This document shows, piece after piece, positions 47,428-57,840 of a DNA stretch of 64,000 nt (the first letter of the stretch is position 1; each line of letters opens with the position of its first letter). The notes under the pieces are model-generated. The model made no database searches. It was given only the letters and a program-made list of their open reading frames with translations, and had not been told where the DNA came from. The position numbers and the translations under genes were made by a program. Source of the stretch: Fidelibacterota bacterium (GTDB lineage Bacteria > Fidelibacterota > UBA2242); assembly GCA_018002295.1 (NCBI GenBank), contig JAGNGI010000003.1, positions 3,666 to 67,665 on the forward strand, read 5' to 3'.

Positions 47428-49842
47428 TTATTTTAGGACGATGCTGACGATTTTATTCTTTACGACAACCGTCTTAACAATCGTATGCCCTTCAAGGTAA
47501 CGCTGGACATTATCAATCTGCAGAGCTTTGGCAATGCAAACTTGATCCTCAGAATCACGTTCAATATCGAAAGTACCGCGAATTTTACCATTAACCTGCA
47601 CCGCCATTGTAACGAGATCATCAATAATTAAACTCGGGTCGTAAGTTGGCCAGTCAAGATATGCCAGACTTTGCTCATTGCCCATTAGATTCCAGATATG
47701 TTCGCTAATATGAGGCGCAAATGGATTCAATAAATGCAGAAAAGTCTTCATTACCGATAGTGGTTTAACCGTCAATTTGGCGATTTCATTGACCAAGATC
47801 ATCATCTGGGAGATGGCGGTATTAAAGCGCAGATTCTCAATGTCATCCGTAATCTTGAATATGGTTTTATGTAAAATAGAATTAGTCGAAGCATCGGGCG
47901 TAATATCTTTAATATCCGGGCTGATTAAACCTTCTTCCGTTACGTAAAGATTCCAGACGCGATTTAAAAATCGAAAAACTCCATCAATGCTGGAAGTATT
48001 CCAGGGTTTAACGCGTGTCAGCGGTCCCATAAACATTTCATACATGCGAAAAGTATCCGCGCCATAGGTCTCAATGATTTCATCCGGGTTAATGACATTA
48101 CCGCGTGACTTGCTCATTTTCTCGCCATCTTCACCCAGAATCATACCCTGATTGACTAATTTCATAAAAGGCTCAGGCGTCGAGACATATCCCAAATCGT
48201 ATAATACTTTATGCCAGAAACGAGCGTATAGCAAATGCAAAACGGCGTGTTCGGCACCACCGATATATAAATCAACCGGCATCCATAACTTTTCTTTTTC
48301 CCTGTCGCAAAATGCTTCATCGTTGTGAGGATCGATAAAACGCAGATAATACCAGCACGAACCCGCCCATTGTGGCATTGTGTTAGTATCGTAGCGACAA
48401 TGTTTCCCGGTTTCCGGATCGATAAAATCAACCCATTCTGGCAGATTAGCTAGCGGAGACTCACCGGTTCCACTCGGTTCGTATTTTTCCAGAGGTGGCA
48501 ATTCCAGCGGCAATTTCGATTCATCAATCAGGTGAATATTGTTATCTTCATCATAATACAAAGGAAACGGCTCACCCCAATAACGTTGACGGGAAAATAC
48601 CCAATCACGCAATTTATATTGAACTCGCGATTGTCCAATTCCCTTTTCATTTAACCACTCAATAATTCGGCGTTTAGCCTCAGCCACATTTAGTCCATTC
48701 AGAAATCCCGAATTAACTAATATGCCGTCGCCGACATAAGCTTCTTTGGTAATATCGCCTCCGGATATGACCTCGACAATTTCAAGTCCGAATTTCTTAG
48801 CAAATTCCCAGTCACGTTGATCGTGTCCGGGAACCGCCATTATCGCTCCGGTTCCATACGACATTAACACATAATCGGAAGTCCAGATCGGAATTCGGCG
48901 ATTATTGGCTGGATTAATTGCATATAAACCGGTAAATACGCCGGTTTTCTCCTTCGCTAATTCGGTGCGGTCCAGGTCACTTTTGGAAGCGGCCGCTTGT
49001 TGATAAGCTTCTACTGTTTTCTTGTATTCCGGTGGAACTAAAGTCTTCAAGATCGGATGTTCGGGCGCCAGAACCATATAAGTAGCCCCAAATAAAGTAT
49101 CCGGTCGAGTAGTGAAGACTCTGATAGTCTGATCCGAACCTTCAATTTTAAAATCTATATCGGCACCTTCGCTCCGCCCGATCCAGTTCCGTTGCATTTC
49201 CTTAATACTTTCGGGGAAATCAACCAGATCCAGGTCTTCCAGAAGGCGATCAGCATAAGCGGTGATTTTCAACATCCACTGCCGCATCGGAATCCGAATG
49301 ACGGGATACCCACCGCGCTCGGATTTGCCGTTTATGACTTCTTCATTAGCCAGAACGGTTTTCAGTTCCGGGCACCAGTTGACCGGCACTTCCGCCAGGT
49401 AAGCCAAACCCATTTTGTAGATTTGCTGAAAAATCCACTGAGTCCATTTGTAGTATTTTGGGTCAGTTGTATTAATTTCGCGATCCCAGTCATAGGAAAA
49501 TCCAAATGATTTAATTTGTCGTCGAAAGGTATTGATATTTCTTTCCGTAGTTATTTTTGGATGAGTTCCGGTTTGGAGCGCATAATTCTCAGCCGGTAAT
49601 CCGAAAGCGTCCCATCCCATCGGATGCAAGACATTGAAACCTTTTTTCCTTTTATAACGAGCGATTATATCGGAAGCGATATAACCTTCCGGATGCCCGA
49701 CGTGCAGTCCGGCTCCCGATGGATAAGGGAACATATCCAGCACGTAGTATTTTGGTTTATTAGATTTATCAGGGGTTTTAAAAGTCTTGTTATCTTCCCA
49801 ATATTTCTGCCATTTCAGTTCAATTTCTTTGAAAGGATACAT
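47428..49842 (-). CDS. leuS: Leucine--tRNA ligase
   Basis: [21 protein letters not shown]...[22 protein letters not shown] (HIGH-type motif) and KMSKS ([10 protein letters not shown]). 804 aa. Confidence 0.95.
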   Translation of the reverse strand: MYPFKEIELKWQKYWEDNKTFKTPDKSNKPKYYVLDMFPYPSGAGLHVGHPEGYIASDIIARYKRKKGFNVLHPMGWDAFGLPAENYALQTGTHPKITTERNINTFRRQIKSFGFSYDWDREINTTDPKYYKWTQWIFQQIYKMGLAYLAEVPVNWCPELKTVLANEEVINGKSERGGYPVIRIPMRQWMLKITAYADRLLEDLDLVDFPESIKEMQRNWIGRSEGADIDFKIEGSDQTIRVFTTRPDTLFGATYMVLAPEHPILKTLVPPEYKKTVEAYQQAAASKSDLDRTELAKEKTGVFTGLYAINPANNRRIPIWTSDYVLMSYGTGAIMAVPGHDQRDWEFAKKFGLEIVEVISGGDITKEAYVGDGILVNSGFLNGLNVAEAKRRIIEWLNEKGIGQSRVQYKLRDWVFSRQRYWGEPFPLYYDEDNNIHLIDESKLPLELPPLEKYEPSGTGESPLANLPEWVDFIDPETGKHCRYDTNTMPQWAGSCWYYLRFIDPHNDEAFCDREKEKLWMPVDLYIGGAEHAVLHLLYARFWHKVLYDLGYVSTPEPFMKLVNQGMILGEDGEKMSKSRGNVINPDEIIETYGADTFRMYEMFMGPLTRVKPWNTSSIDGVFRFLNRVWNLYVTEEGLISPDIKDITPDASTNSILHKTIFKITDDIENLRFNTAISQMMILVNEIAKLTVKPLSVMKTFLHLLNPFAPHISEHIWNLMGNEQSLAYLDWPTYDPSLIIDDLVTMAVQVNGKIRGTFDIERDSEDQVCIAKALQIDNVQRYLEGHTIVKTVVVKNKIVSIVLK

Positions 49843-49869
49843 TAATTACTCGTTCTAAATTTGGAAATA

Positions 49870-51105
49870 TCAGTATAAAACTCTGAACTTGATTGTATTT
49901 GGTATATTCATTATTTCAAGGAGCACTTCATTATCGTGATTTTTTTCAATATCGGTTATCACGTAACCGATATCCTCGGTAGTTTTTAAATATTGTCCAA
50001 CGATATTAATACCATGCCTGGCTAAAATGTGATTGATTTGGGACAATATGCCGGGGACATTATTGTGGACGTGTATAAGGCGGTGGGCGCCATTGAATTG
50101 GGGCAATTGCAAATTGGGAAAATTCACACTCATAATCGTATTGCCCGAGTTGATAAAGCTAATAATTTTCGAGGGTACGAATTGAGCAATATTTTCCTGG
50201 GCTTCCTCGGTATTTCCGCCAATATGCGGTGTAATGATTGTATTCGGCAAATGGCACAATTGACAATAAAATCTTTCCTGATTATTTAACGGTTCAGTTG
50301 GAAAAACATCAATAGCCGCTCCTCTGACCTGACCACTTTGAAGGTTTTCAGCTAAAGCTTCAATATCCACAACGTGACCACGACTGAGGTTGAGAAATAA
50401 AACGCCCGGTTTCATCTTCTTAAATTGCTCGGCGCCGATCAGATGGTAATTTTCTTCACGGCCATCCACGTGAATTGAAATTACATCGGCTATAGCCAAA
50501 AGTTCATCGAGAGAATTGCATTTTTTTGCATTGCCGAGCGCTAATTTTTCGACGATATCATAATAGTAAACCTGCATTCCCATATCTTCGGCTAATATTG
50601 AAAGTTGCGCTCCAATTTTTCCATAACCGACTATGCCGATTTTCTTTCCACGCACCTCGTAGCAGTTTTTGGAATTTTTATCCCAAATCCCATCGTGAAG
50701 TTTCTGACTTTTGTTGAAAATGCCACGAAATAGCATAATGATCTCTCCGATAGCCAATTCTACCACACTGCGCGTATTGCTAAAGGGAGCATTAAAAACA
50801 GCTATTCCTTTCTGGGAACAGGCTTTCAGGTCTATCTGATTAGTACCGATGCAAAATGCTCCAATAGCCATCAAATTTTGGGCATTTTCCAGTATTTCGG
50901 CATCGATAATTGTCTTCGAGCGGATTCCAAGAACTGAGATGTCTTTGATCTTCTCCTTTAAAACTTCATGAGGAATACTTCCGGACAGCGATTCAACCGG
51001 AAAACCTTCGTTCTGAAAAATACGCTGTGCCGTCGGAGAAATATTTTCCAGTAATAATACATTGGTTTTACTTTTCTGAAATGTTACATCCATATTATTA
51101 TCCAT
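49870..51105 (-). CDS. serA: D-3-phosphoglycerate dehydrogenase with a C-terminal ACT domain
   Basis: NAD-binding GxGxxG (IGIVGYGKIGAQ), the 2-hydroxyacid dehydrogenase catalytic region and a C-terminal ACT-like segment. 411 aa, like E. coli SerA. Confidence 0.8.
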   Translation of the reverse strand: MDNNMDVTFQKSKTNVLLLENISPTAQRIFQNEGFPVESLSGSIPHEVLKEKIKDISVLGIRSKTIIDAEILENAQNLMAIGAFCIGTNQIDLKACSQKGIAVFNAPFSNTRSVVELAIGEIIMLFRGIFNKSQKLHDGIWDKNSKNCYEVRGKKIGIVGYGKIGAQLSILAEDMGMQVYYYDIVEKLALGNAKKCNSLDELLAIADVISIHVDGREENYHLIGAEQFKKMKPGVLFLNLSRGHVVDIEALAENLQSGQVRGAAIDVFPTEPLNNQERFYCQLCHLPNTIITPHIGGNTEEAQENIAQFVPSKIISFINSGNTIMSVNFPNLQLPQFNGAHRLIHVHNNVPGILSQINHILARHGINIVGQYLKTTEDIGYVITDIEKNHDNEVLLEIMNIPNTIKFRVLY

Positions 51106-51184
51106 TTTTTCAGGCTCAAATTTAAAACAATTTAATACTTTTTCACCGTTTGAGTGAATCCAATTTTAAATATTTTTTTAATTA

Positions 51185-51661
51185 TTAAAATAGCTTAGCA
51201 GTTAAAGAATTTAACTCACTAAGTATTTTTCTGTGATTTCCGATAATAAATTGGGTAGATTGATCAATATATCTGGCGAGATTTCCGTCAATGTCAGCCG
51301 GTAATTCATTTTCATCGAGCAGGCTTATTTCACCTTGCGGCGAAATAAAAACATCCACGATTAAATCACGCCATTCAAACTGAAAATTACTCAGGTGAAT
51401 TCGGTCAGCAATATTAAAGTAATCGCCGAGATGGCCACCCTGCGGAGCAAACCACCGATATAAAGTAAAGGGTTGCGATTCCCAATAGAAAGCATAAGTC
51501 TGCGTATTTTTCGGCAAAATTTGATTATTGACAACGTATGGTTTTTCAAGTATGTATCTTAATATCCCGAAATCTTCATCCAGAAAAATCAACTCGCAGT
51601 CAAAAGTCCGGACTTCACCGGATAATAAATATTTTATTTCGCGACAGGCAGGATAAATCAT
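51185..51661 (-). CDS. DUF402-family protein (FomD/YgaC-like, possible nucleoside di/triphosphatase)
   Basis: 158 aa. ...LYRWFAPQGG...YFNIADRI...DLIVDVFISPQGEISLLDENEL fits the DUF402 pattern. Confidence 0.4.
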   Translation of the reverse strand: MIYPACREIKYLLSGEVRTFDCELIFLDEDFGILRYILEKPYVVNNQILPKNTQTYAFYWESQPFTLYRWFAPQGGHLGDYFNIADRIHLSNFQFEWRDLIVDVFISPQGEISLLDENELPADIDGNLARYIDQSTQFIIGNHRKILSELNSLTAKLF

Positions 51662-51672
51662 TTTATTTTCGT

Positions 51673-52233
51673 TCAGGCGACAAGATGCTCAATTAAAATT
51701 TTAAAACCAATGGCAATCAGGATAATTCCTCCGACTACTTCGACTTTTTTACCAAGGTAATGTCCAATTCGTTTGCCAATTATTATTCCCCCCAAAGAAA
51801 TAAGAAACGTGATAACTCCAATAATGATGATGGGTACAACAATATTAATTTCTAGAAAAGCAAAGGTAATTCCGACCGCCAGAGCGTCAATGCTGGTTGC
51901 CAGCGATAAACCAAATAGACGATGACTATTCAATGGATCGATTGCATTAGTACATTCTTTTTTCGAGAAAGCCTCATAAATCATCCGTATTCCAATGAAA
52001 ACCAATAGCCCAAAAGCAACCCAATGGTCGAAATTCGCCAGAAATCTCTGGAGAGTTTGGCCTGCCAGCCAGCCGATCAGCGGCATTAAAGCCTGAAAAC
52101 CGCCGAAGGCTAAAGGGACTTTTAAAAACTTGAACTTATTATGAGGCTGAGCTGCTAAACCGCAGGTAATCGAAATCGCAAAAGCATCCATCGCCAGACC
52201 GATTGCAATTAATATTAATGCTAATAAATTCAA
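51673..52233 (-). CDS. mntP: Manganese efflux pump MntP
   Basis: MNLLALILIAIGLAMDAFAISI and the repeated DAxAVG motif (SIDALAVGITFA) are the MntP/DUF204 signature. 186 aa. Confidence 0.85.
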   Translation of the reverse strand: MNLLALILIAIGLAMDAFAISITCGLAAQPHNKFKFLKVPLAFGGFQALMPLIGWLAGQTLQRFLANFDHWVAFGLLVFIGIRMIYEAFSKKECTNAIDPLNSHRLFGLSLATSIDALAVGITFAFLEINIVVPIIIIGVITFLISLGGIIIGKRIGHYLGKKVEVVGGIILIAIGFKILIEHLVA

Positions 52234-53556
52234 TTATTCCTGCTCCGACTCTTCTTCGTTAATCACATTAAGATACTTAACTTCCTGTTCCGGCGGCAGC
52301 TCGGATTTTTCTCCCAGCTCGACTTTGGCAATTTTCTCGAATGAATTGGAAATTTTATTGGAAGTTGTATGAATGTCCTTGACATCTTTTTGAACCGTGT
52401 CTATATGAGCGGATAATTTATTCCAGCGGTCGCGATAACGACGGAACTCCTCGGATAATTTCATAATTTCCTGTTGGATAATGTCGGCATATTTGCGGCG
52501 CTCTATGTCACGCAAGACAAGTTGAACCGTATTCAAAACCGCCATAAAAGTAGTAGGCGAAGTCAACCAAACTCGACGAGAATGAGAATATTCTATTAAA
52601 TCGTCATGATAAGCATATAATTCGGCAAAAACTGCTTCGGCTGGGATAAACATAATCGCCTGGTTGGAAGTTTCGCCCGGCAAAATGTACTTATCGGCAA
52701 TCTCGTCAATCTGCTTCTTCACGTCAGCTTTGAACAACTTTGTTGCCGCAATACGTTCAGCTTCGGACAGGCTCTTATCAATCGAGCGTTTGTAATTATC
52801 CAGTGTGAATTTGGCGTCGATTGGAATATTGCCGATTGGTTCCGGTAAAAACAAGATTGCATCCACAGTTTTGTCGTTGCTAAGCGTATATTGAATCTGG
52901 AATATTTTATCGTTCTTTTCGCCAAAAATAGCATAGAGGACCTGGTTGAGCTGCACCTCACCAAATATGCCCCGGCTTTTTTTATCACTAAGAATTTCCT
53001 GAAGTGAGACGACATTAGTCGAGAGGCTTTCGATATTTTTCTGAGCTTCATCAATTTTTGCCAGCCGCTCGATCACATTCGTAAATGTTTCATTGGTTTT
53101 TTTGAAACCTTCACTGAGATTTTCCTGAACTTTATTATTGATCGCATCTAATTTTTCAGCTACGTTTTTAGTCAAATGCTCAAAATCTTCAGATACCGCC
53201 CTTTTGAAAGTATCTTTGAACTGACTGAATTCTTCAGTCTGCTTTTTGCTTGTCTCACCGAGCGATTTGGTGATTTCTACTTGAAAGTTGCCAAACTTCT
53301 CAATCATCTCACGATTTTTGGTAGAAACATTGTCGGTAAATTCGGTAAAACGCTTTTGGACAATGTCAGCCGTTCGCGACTGAACTAATTCCGGGAAAAT
53401 GTTCAACTGCGATTCCAGGGCAATAATTTTTTCTTTTAAAGCTTCCAGAGCGGCATCGCCGGATTGACTCGTCTTTTTTCTCACTTTTGCCATTATAATT
53501 ACCAGTAAGCTGATAATAACTAAGCCACCGATTATGATAAATAAGTCTGTGTTCAT
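52234..53556 (-). CDS. rmuC: DNA recombination protein RmuC
   Basis: N-terminal TM helix, long coiled-coil region, and C-terminal MFIPAEAVFAELYAYHDDLIEYSHSRRVWLTSPTTFMAVL typical of RmuC. Confidence 0.8.
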   Translation of the reverse strand: MNTDLFIIIGGLVIISLLVIIMAKVRKKTSQSGDAALEALKEKIIALESQLNIFPELVQSRTADIVQKRFTEFTDNVSTKNREMIEKFGNFQVEITKSLGETSKKQTEEFSQFKDTFKRAVSEDFEHLTKNVAEKLDAINNKVQENLSEGFKKTNETFTNVIERLAKIDEAQKNIESLSTNVVSLQEILSDKKSRGIFGEVQLNQVLYAIFGEKNDKIFQIQYTLSNDKTVDAILFLPEPIGNIPIDAKFTLDNYKRSIDKSLSEAERIAATKLFKADVKKQIDEIADKYILPGETSNQAIMFIPAEAVFAELYAYHDDLIEYSHSRRVWLTSPTTFMAVLNTVQLVLRDIERRKYADIIQQEIMKLSEEFRRYRDRWNKLSAHIDTVQKDVKDIHTTSNKISNSFEKIAKVELGEKSELPPEQEVKYLNVINEEESEQE

Positions 53557-53568
53557 AACTATTGCCTT

Positions 53569-54042
53569 TTAATTTTCCGTTGAACGGATTTTATTGAAAA
53601 ATGAATTTAGTAAAGATCGGCATAATTCAGCTTTAACTCCGCCTCTCACCAAAGCCTTATGATTGAGCAGGTTTTGGTCGCAAAGGTTTTCGACCGAACC
53701 GCACATTCCAGCCGCATTGTCGTAAGCACCGAAAACGACTCGTGAAATTCGAGCATTTAAGATAGCCCCGGCACACATCGGACAAGGTTCTAGAGTAACA
53801 TATAAAGTACAATCCCCTAACTGCCAGGAATCTAAAAAAGTAGCAGCCGAGGTGATCGCCAACATTTCAGCATGGGCGGTTGGGTCTTTCAAGCCTTCCC
53901 GCTGGTTATGACCTTTACCGATGATTTTATCGGCGTGAACGACGATGGCACCAACCGGAATTTCTCCGGCATCCAGTGCCTTTTCAGCCTCCTTTATCGC
54001 GAAATCCATCCAATATTCATCGGAATTCACAATCAAACCCAT
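53569..54042 (-). CDS. tadA: tRNA adenosine(34) deaminase TadA; the ORF extends to 54147 but the likely start is the Met near 54042
   Basis: DEYWMDFAIKEAEKA, HAEMLAI and TLEPCPMCAGAI are the canonical CDA-fold Zn motifs of TadA. Confidence 0.9.
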   Translation of the reverse strand: MGLIVNSDEYWMDFAIKEAEKALDAGEIPVGAIVVHADKIIGKGHNQREGLKDPTAHAEMLAITSAATFLDSWQLGDCTLYVTLEPCPMCAGAILNARISRVVFGAYDNAAGMCGSVENLCDQNLLNHKALVRGGVKAELCRSLLNSFFNKIRSTEN

Positions 54043-54464
54043 ACTAAAATTTAAGTAATCTTTCCGACGAAAAATAACCATATCCGGACTTTCACTTATT
54101 TTTTCAATAAAATGCCGGTTAATCGGAATGCGATTTACCTCCAGCATGCTGTCAAGTTTGGGAATGGCTTGTTTTTATTTTTTCAACACAAAGACCCGAA
54201 GGCACAAAGATTTTTGCACTTTTCTAGAATATCCTGGTATTCAATAAGATATTACGTCTATAAATTAATTTTTAGAGGAAGTTCTGCAACCATATCAGTT
54301 GATTAATTGCATCTTTTTCCGTATAATTCGGCTGTAAAATTTGGGAAATTCGATTAAACATTCAGTAACAAAAACTCATCTTCGACATTTAATAATTAAA
54401 ACAAACTACACTTAGTCTAAAAATTGGATTAATTAACTATAACATCAATGAAATTAAGGAAATA

Positions 54465-55256
54465 ATGATGGACGATTTACAATTGCAACAGAAATTATCA
54501 GCGACGGCTTTAAACGCCGCGCTCGAGGCGGGAAAAATTCTCAAACAAAAAGTCAATACCGCCTTGAAAATTGACTATAAAGGACGTGTCAATCTAATTA
54601 CCGAAGCTGATCGTATGTCGGAAAATTCTATTATCGAGGCAATCCGCCGTCAATTTCCCGAGCATCAGATTCTGGCGGAAGAAAGTCCGCTGATAGAAAC
54701 TTCTTCCGATTACAAATGGATCATAGATCCGCTGGATGGTACAACCAATTTTGTGCACGGTTTTGCATTCTTTTCCGTTTCAATTGGACTGGAATATCAA
54801 AAAGAATTGTTATTAGGCGTTGTCCACGCTCCTTTACTGGGCGAAACTTTTACCGCTATAAAAAATCAGGGTGCCTTTCTTAACGGACAACCTATTCGAG
54901 TTTCGCGGGTAAGAAAACTTGCTGATAGTCTTCTTGCTACCGGTTTCCCTTATGAAAATAATGCCACTTTCCGGCGCAATTTCGAGCATTTCCGGCGCAT
55001 TTACCCGCTTACTCAGGGCGTTCGGCGAGTCGGTTCGGCGGCAATTGATTTGTGTTATACTGCCTGTGGCCGCTTTGATGGATTCTGGGAGTTGGATTTA
55101 AACGCCTGGGACGTAGCCGCTGGAGCGCTAATTCTTCAAGAAGCCGGTGGCAAAACGGTAAATATGGACGGTTCGGCATTTTCGATTTATGCCCGCCAGA
55201 TTTTAGCGACGAATGGTTTAATCGAAGCCGAATTATTGCCGATTTTCAAAGAATAA
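54465..55256 (+). CDS. suhB: Inositol monophosphatase family protein (SuhB-like)
   Basis: WIIDPLDGTTNFVHG and WDVAAGALIL are IMPase family motifs. 263 aa. Confidence 0.8.
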   Translation: MMDDLQLQQKLSATALNAALEAGKILKQKVNTALKIDYKGRVNLITEADRMSENSIIEAIRRQFPEHQILAEESPLIETSSDYKWIIDPLDGTTNFVHGFAFFSVSIGLEYQKELLLGVVHAPLLGETFTAIKNQGAFLNGQPIRVSRVRKLADSLLATGFPYENNATFRRNFEHFRRIYPLTQGVRRVGSAAIDLCYTACGRFDGFWELDLNAWDVAAGALILQEAGGKTVNMDGSAFSIYARQILATNGLIEAELLPIFKE

Positions 55257-55259
55257 ATT

Positions 55260-56513
55260 CTAATTAGTTACTTCAGTCGAACCATTTTTCCGAATGGCGA
55301 CTTCATGAATCACGCGTTGAGAAGCGCGTGTTACCGTTAATGCAACAGATGGCAGAATTAATCTTTCTCCATGACGCGGAATTTTTTGCAAATGAGCAAT
55401 AATGAGCCCGCCAATAGTATCGTAATCACCTTCTGGCAAATTCAGTCCAAATTTGTCATTTAGTTCCTGAATTTCCATTTTGCCAGAGACAACAATCGTC
55501 CCATCCTTTTTAATTTTATAGCGAGGACGGACATGATCATATTCATCTTCTAATTTGCCGACAACCTCTTCCAGAATGTCCTCAATAGTCACTATGCCCT
55601 CCGCGCCGCCATATTCGTCAACAATTATTGCCATATTGTTGCCGCTTTTTTTCATTTGATCGAACAAAACGTTTATGCTCATATTGGGTGGTGCATAAAA
55701 AGCCGGACGTATAAATCTCCTGATTGGAGTATTGTTATTTTCACCGATGACATCGAAACTATTCAATATGCCAATGATATTGTCAACCCGTTCACGATAC
55801 ACCGGCAGACGACGATGCTTACTTTCGGAAATGATGCGCGCCGCTTCTGGAACGCTGGCGTCCTCAGGCAGAGCAGTAACTTGAATGAGCGGCACCATTA
55901 CATCTTCAGCCTTTTTTTCTTTAAATGATAAAAGTCGGCCGATCATTTCACGTTCATTAGGATTAACGTCACTCTTATCGCTTATTTTCATTAGGATTTT
56001 CAGCTCTTCTTTACTGATAAATGGTAATTTGTGGCTGAGTTCGCCGCCGAGAATGGTAGCGATATAAGAAGCGGCTCCCGAAAAAACACGAACCAATGGT
56101 GTAAATATAAGAGACATTATCCTCAATACAGGCGCTATTTTCGGAGCAATTACATCGGCATATTGCTGGAAAACGCTTTTAGGAACGATTTCAGCAAAAA
56201 TCCAATTGATCAAACTCATACAAAAAATTGCGACGAATACTCCGGCACCATGAAAATATCTATAGGCTATAGCCGTTGCCAGCATCGTGCTGGTCACTGT
56301 GCAAATATTCGTGCCGATCAAGGTCGTCCCCAAAACCCATTCCGGTCGTTTTAAAAGATTTATGACTAACTTAGCATCTTTTTTGCCCATTTTGGCATCG
56401 TGACGGAGACGGATTCGATCCACGGATACCAGTGCAATTTCCGAACCGGAGAAAAACCCTTCCCCGAGCACGCAAATAGCTATAATTAGAATTGCCAAAC
56501 CGGTCGGTATCAC
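55260..56513 (-). CDS. CNNM/CorC-family transporter-associated protein (DUF21 + CBS pair + CorC_HlyC)
   Basis: N-terminal four-TM DUF21, tandem CBS region, and C-terminal transporter-associated domain (TIGGLIIAHLQKIP). Confidence 0.8.
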   Translation of the reverse strand: MIPTGLAILIIAICVLGEGFFSGSEIALVSVDRIRLRHDAKMGKKDAKLVINLLKRPEWVLGTTLIGTNICTVTSTMLATAIAYRYFHGAGVFVAIFCMSLINWIFAEIVPKSVFQQYADVIAPKIAPVLRIMSLIFTPLVRVFSGAASYIATILGGELSHKLPFISKEELKILMKISDKSDVNPNEREMIGRLLSFKEKKAEDVMVPLIQVTALPEDASVPEAARIISESKHRRLPVYRERVDNIIGILNSFDVIGENNNTPIRRFIRPAFYAPPNMSINVLFDQMKKSGNNMAIIVDEYGGAEGIVTIEDILEEVVGKLEDEYDHVRPRYKIKKDGTIVVSGKMEIQELNDKFGLNLPEGDYDTIGGLIIAHLQKIPRHGERLILPSVALTVTRASQRVIHEVAIRKNGSTEVTN

Positions 56514-57775
56514 AATCGCTTCACCCGCAAGATTTCGATACGGTTATTTTCTATTTTCTCAACGGTGAATAACCAGCCGTCGTAAATCTTTTGAGCATTA
56601 ACAGTAACAGTAGGTAATTCATCAAATAAACTGGATACAAATCCACCGATAGTCTCAAATTCATCTACCGGAATTCTGGCGTTCAATAATTCATTAAAAC
56701 TAACTATGGGCAGAGTACCACGCACTCGATAGAGCCGATCGTTAATTTTCTCAAATTGCTCATCTTTTATTTCGAATTCATCCGAAATTTCACCGAAAAT
56801 TTCTTCCAGTAAATCCTCAATGGTAATCAAGCCTTGCACTATGCCGTCTTCATCCCGAACAATAGCCATTGAAATTCGCTTTCTTTGAAAAATATGGAAC
56901 AGTTCATCCACTCGTTTGGTTTTGGGTACAAAAAACGGTGGGCGCAGAAGATTCCGAAGATTTATCGGCTTAGTTTCATCGTTACTGGTATTCAGCGAAA
57001 TGCCTATTAAATCAGTAGCAAATAATACTCCGATAATATTGTCAGGATTGCCTTCATAAATCGGGACTTTAGATATACGCCTATTCTTGATGGCGGTGAT
57101 AACTTCCGGTAGCGCCATATCAACCGGCAGACTAAAAATTAAACTGCGGGGTGTCATAACATCAGCGGCAATCAAATCGCCAAAATCGAATACATTAGAA
57201 ATCATTTCACTCTCATCGGAATCAATAACGCCTTCTTTTTCACTGTCTTCCAATATTGAGCGAATAACATCTTCAGTCAAAATATTTTCGCGCTGATCTC
57301 TTTTTGAAACGATCAGATTAACGATTCGGTCGGAAATATTCCTGATAAACCAGCGTAATGGCGTAAAAATTACCATAACCAGCGAAAGCGGTCGGGCAAA
57401 TTTTAGGGACAAACGTTCGTTATTCTTGATAGCCAAGGTCTTAGGCGTTATTTCACCTATCAGCAGAACTAGCGGCAAAGCAATCAAATAATTTGCCCAC
57501 GGCAAAACCGTTCCGGCAATCTGGATAACAATCAGAGTAAACAAAGATGAAAAACAAATATTAACAAATTCATTACCCAGAAGAATCGTAATAATCAGCG
57601 AGCGGGGTGTATTAAGGAGATCGTTGATTATTTTACCCTGGGCGGGATCGCTCTCTTGAATTTTCTCACGTTGAATTTTCGACAAGGAAAAAAGAGCCGT
57701 CTCCGAGCTGGAGAAGAATCCGGACAACCCCAGCAAAACAACCAGTATAATTATTTCAATCGTAACCAAAACCAC
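56510..57775 (-). CDS. CNNM/CorC-family transporter-associated protein (second paralog)
   Basis: Same architecture as the neighbouring paralog (TIGGFVSSLFDELP). Overlaps it by 4 nt. Confidence 0.8.
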   Translation of the reverse strand: MVLVTIEIIILVVLLGLSGFFSSSETALFSLSKIQREKIQESDPAQGKIINDLLNTPRSLIITILLGNEFVNICFSSLFTLIVIQIAGTVLPWANYLIALPLVLLIGEITPKTLAIKNNERLSLKFARPLSLVMVIFTPLRWFIRNISDRIVNLIVSKRDQRENILTEDVIRSILEDSEKEGVIDSDESEMISNVFDFGDLIAADVMTPRSLIFSLPVDMALPEVITAIKNRRISKVPIYEGNPDNIIGVLFATDLIGISLNTSNDETKPINLRNLLRPPFFVPKTKRVDELFHIFQRKRISMAIVRDEDGIVQGLITIEDLLEEIFGEISDEFEIKDEQFEKINDRLYRVRGTLPIVSFNELLNARIPVDEFETIGGFVSSLFDELPTVTVNAQKIYDGWLFTVEKIENNRIEILRVKRL

Positions 57776-57840
57776 AAATTAATATAATAAATAGCGGTGA
57801 TATAAAATACCAACCAGAAAATTTTTACTTCAATTTACTT

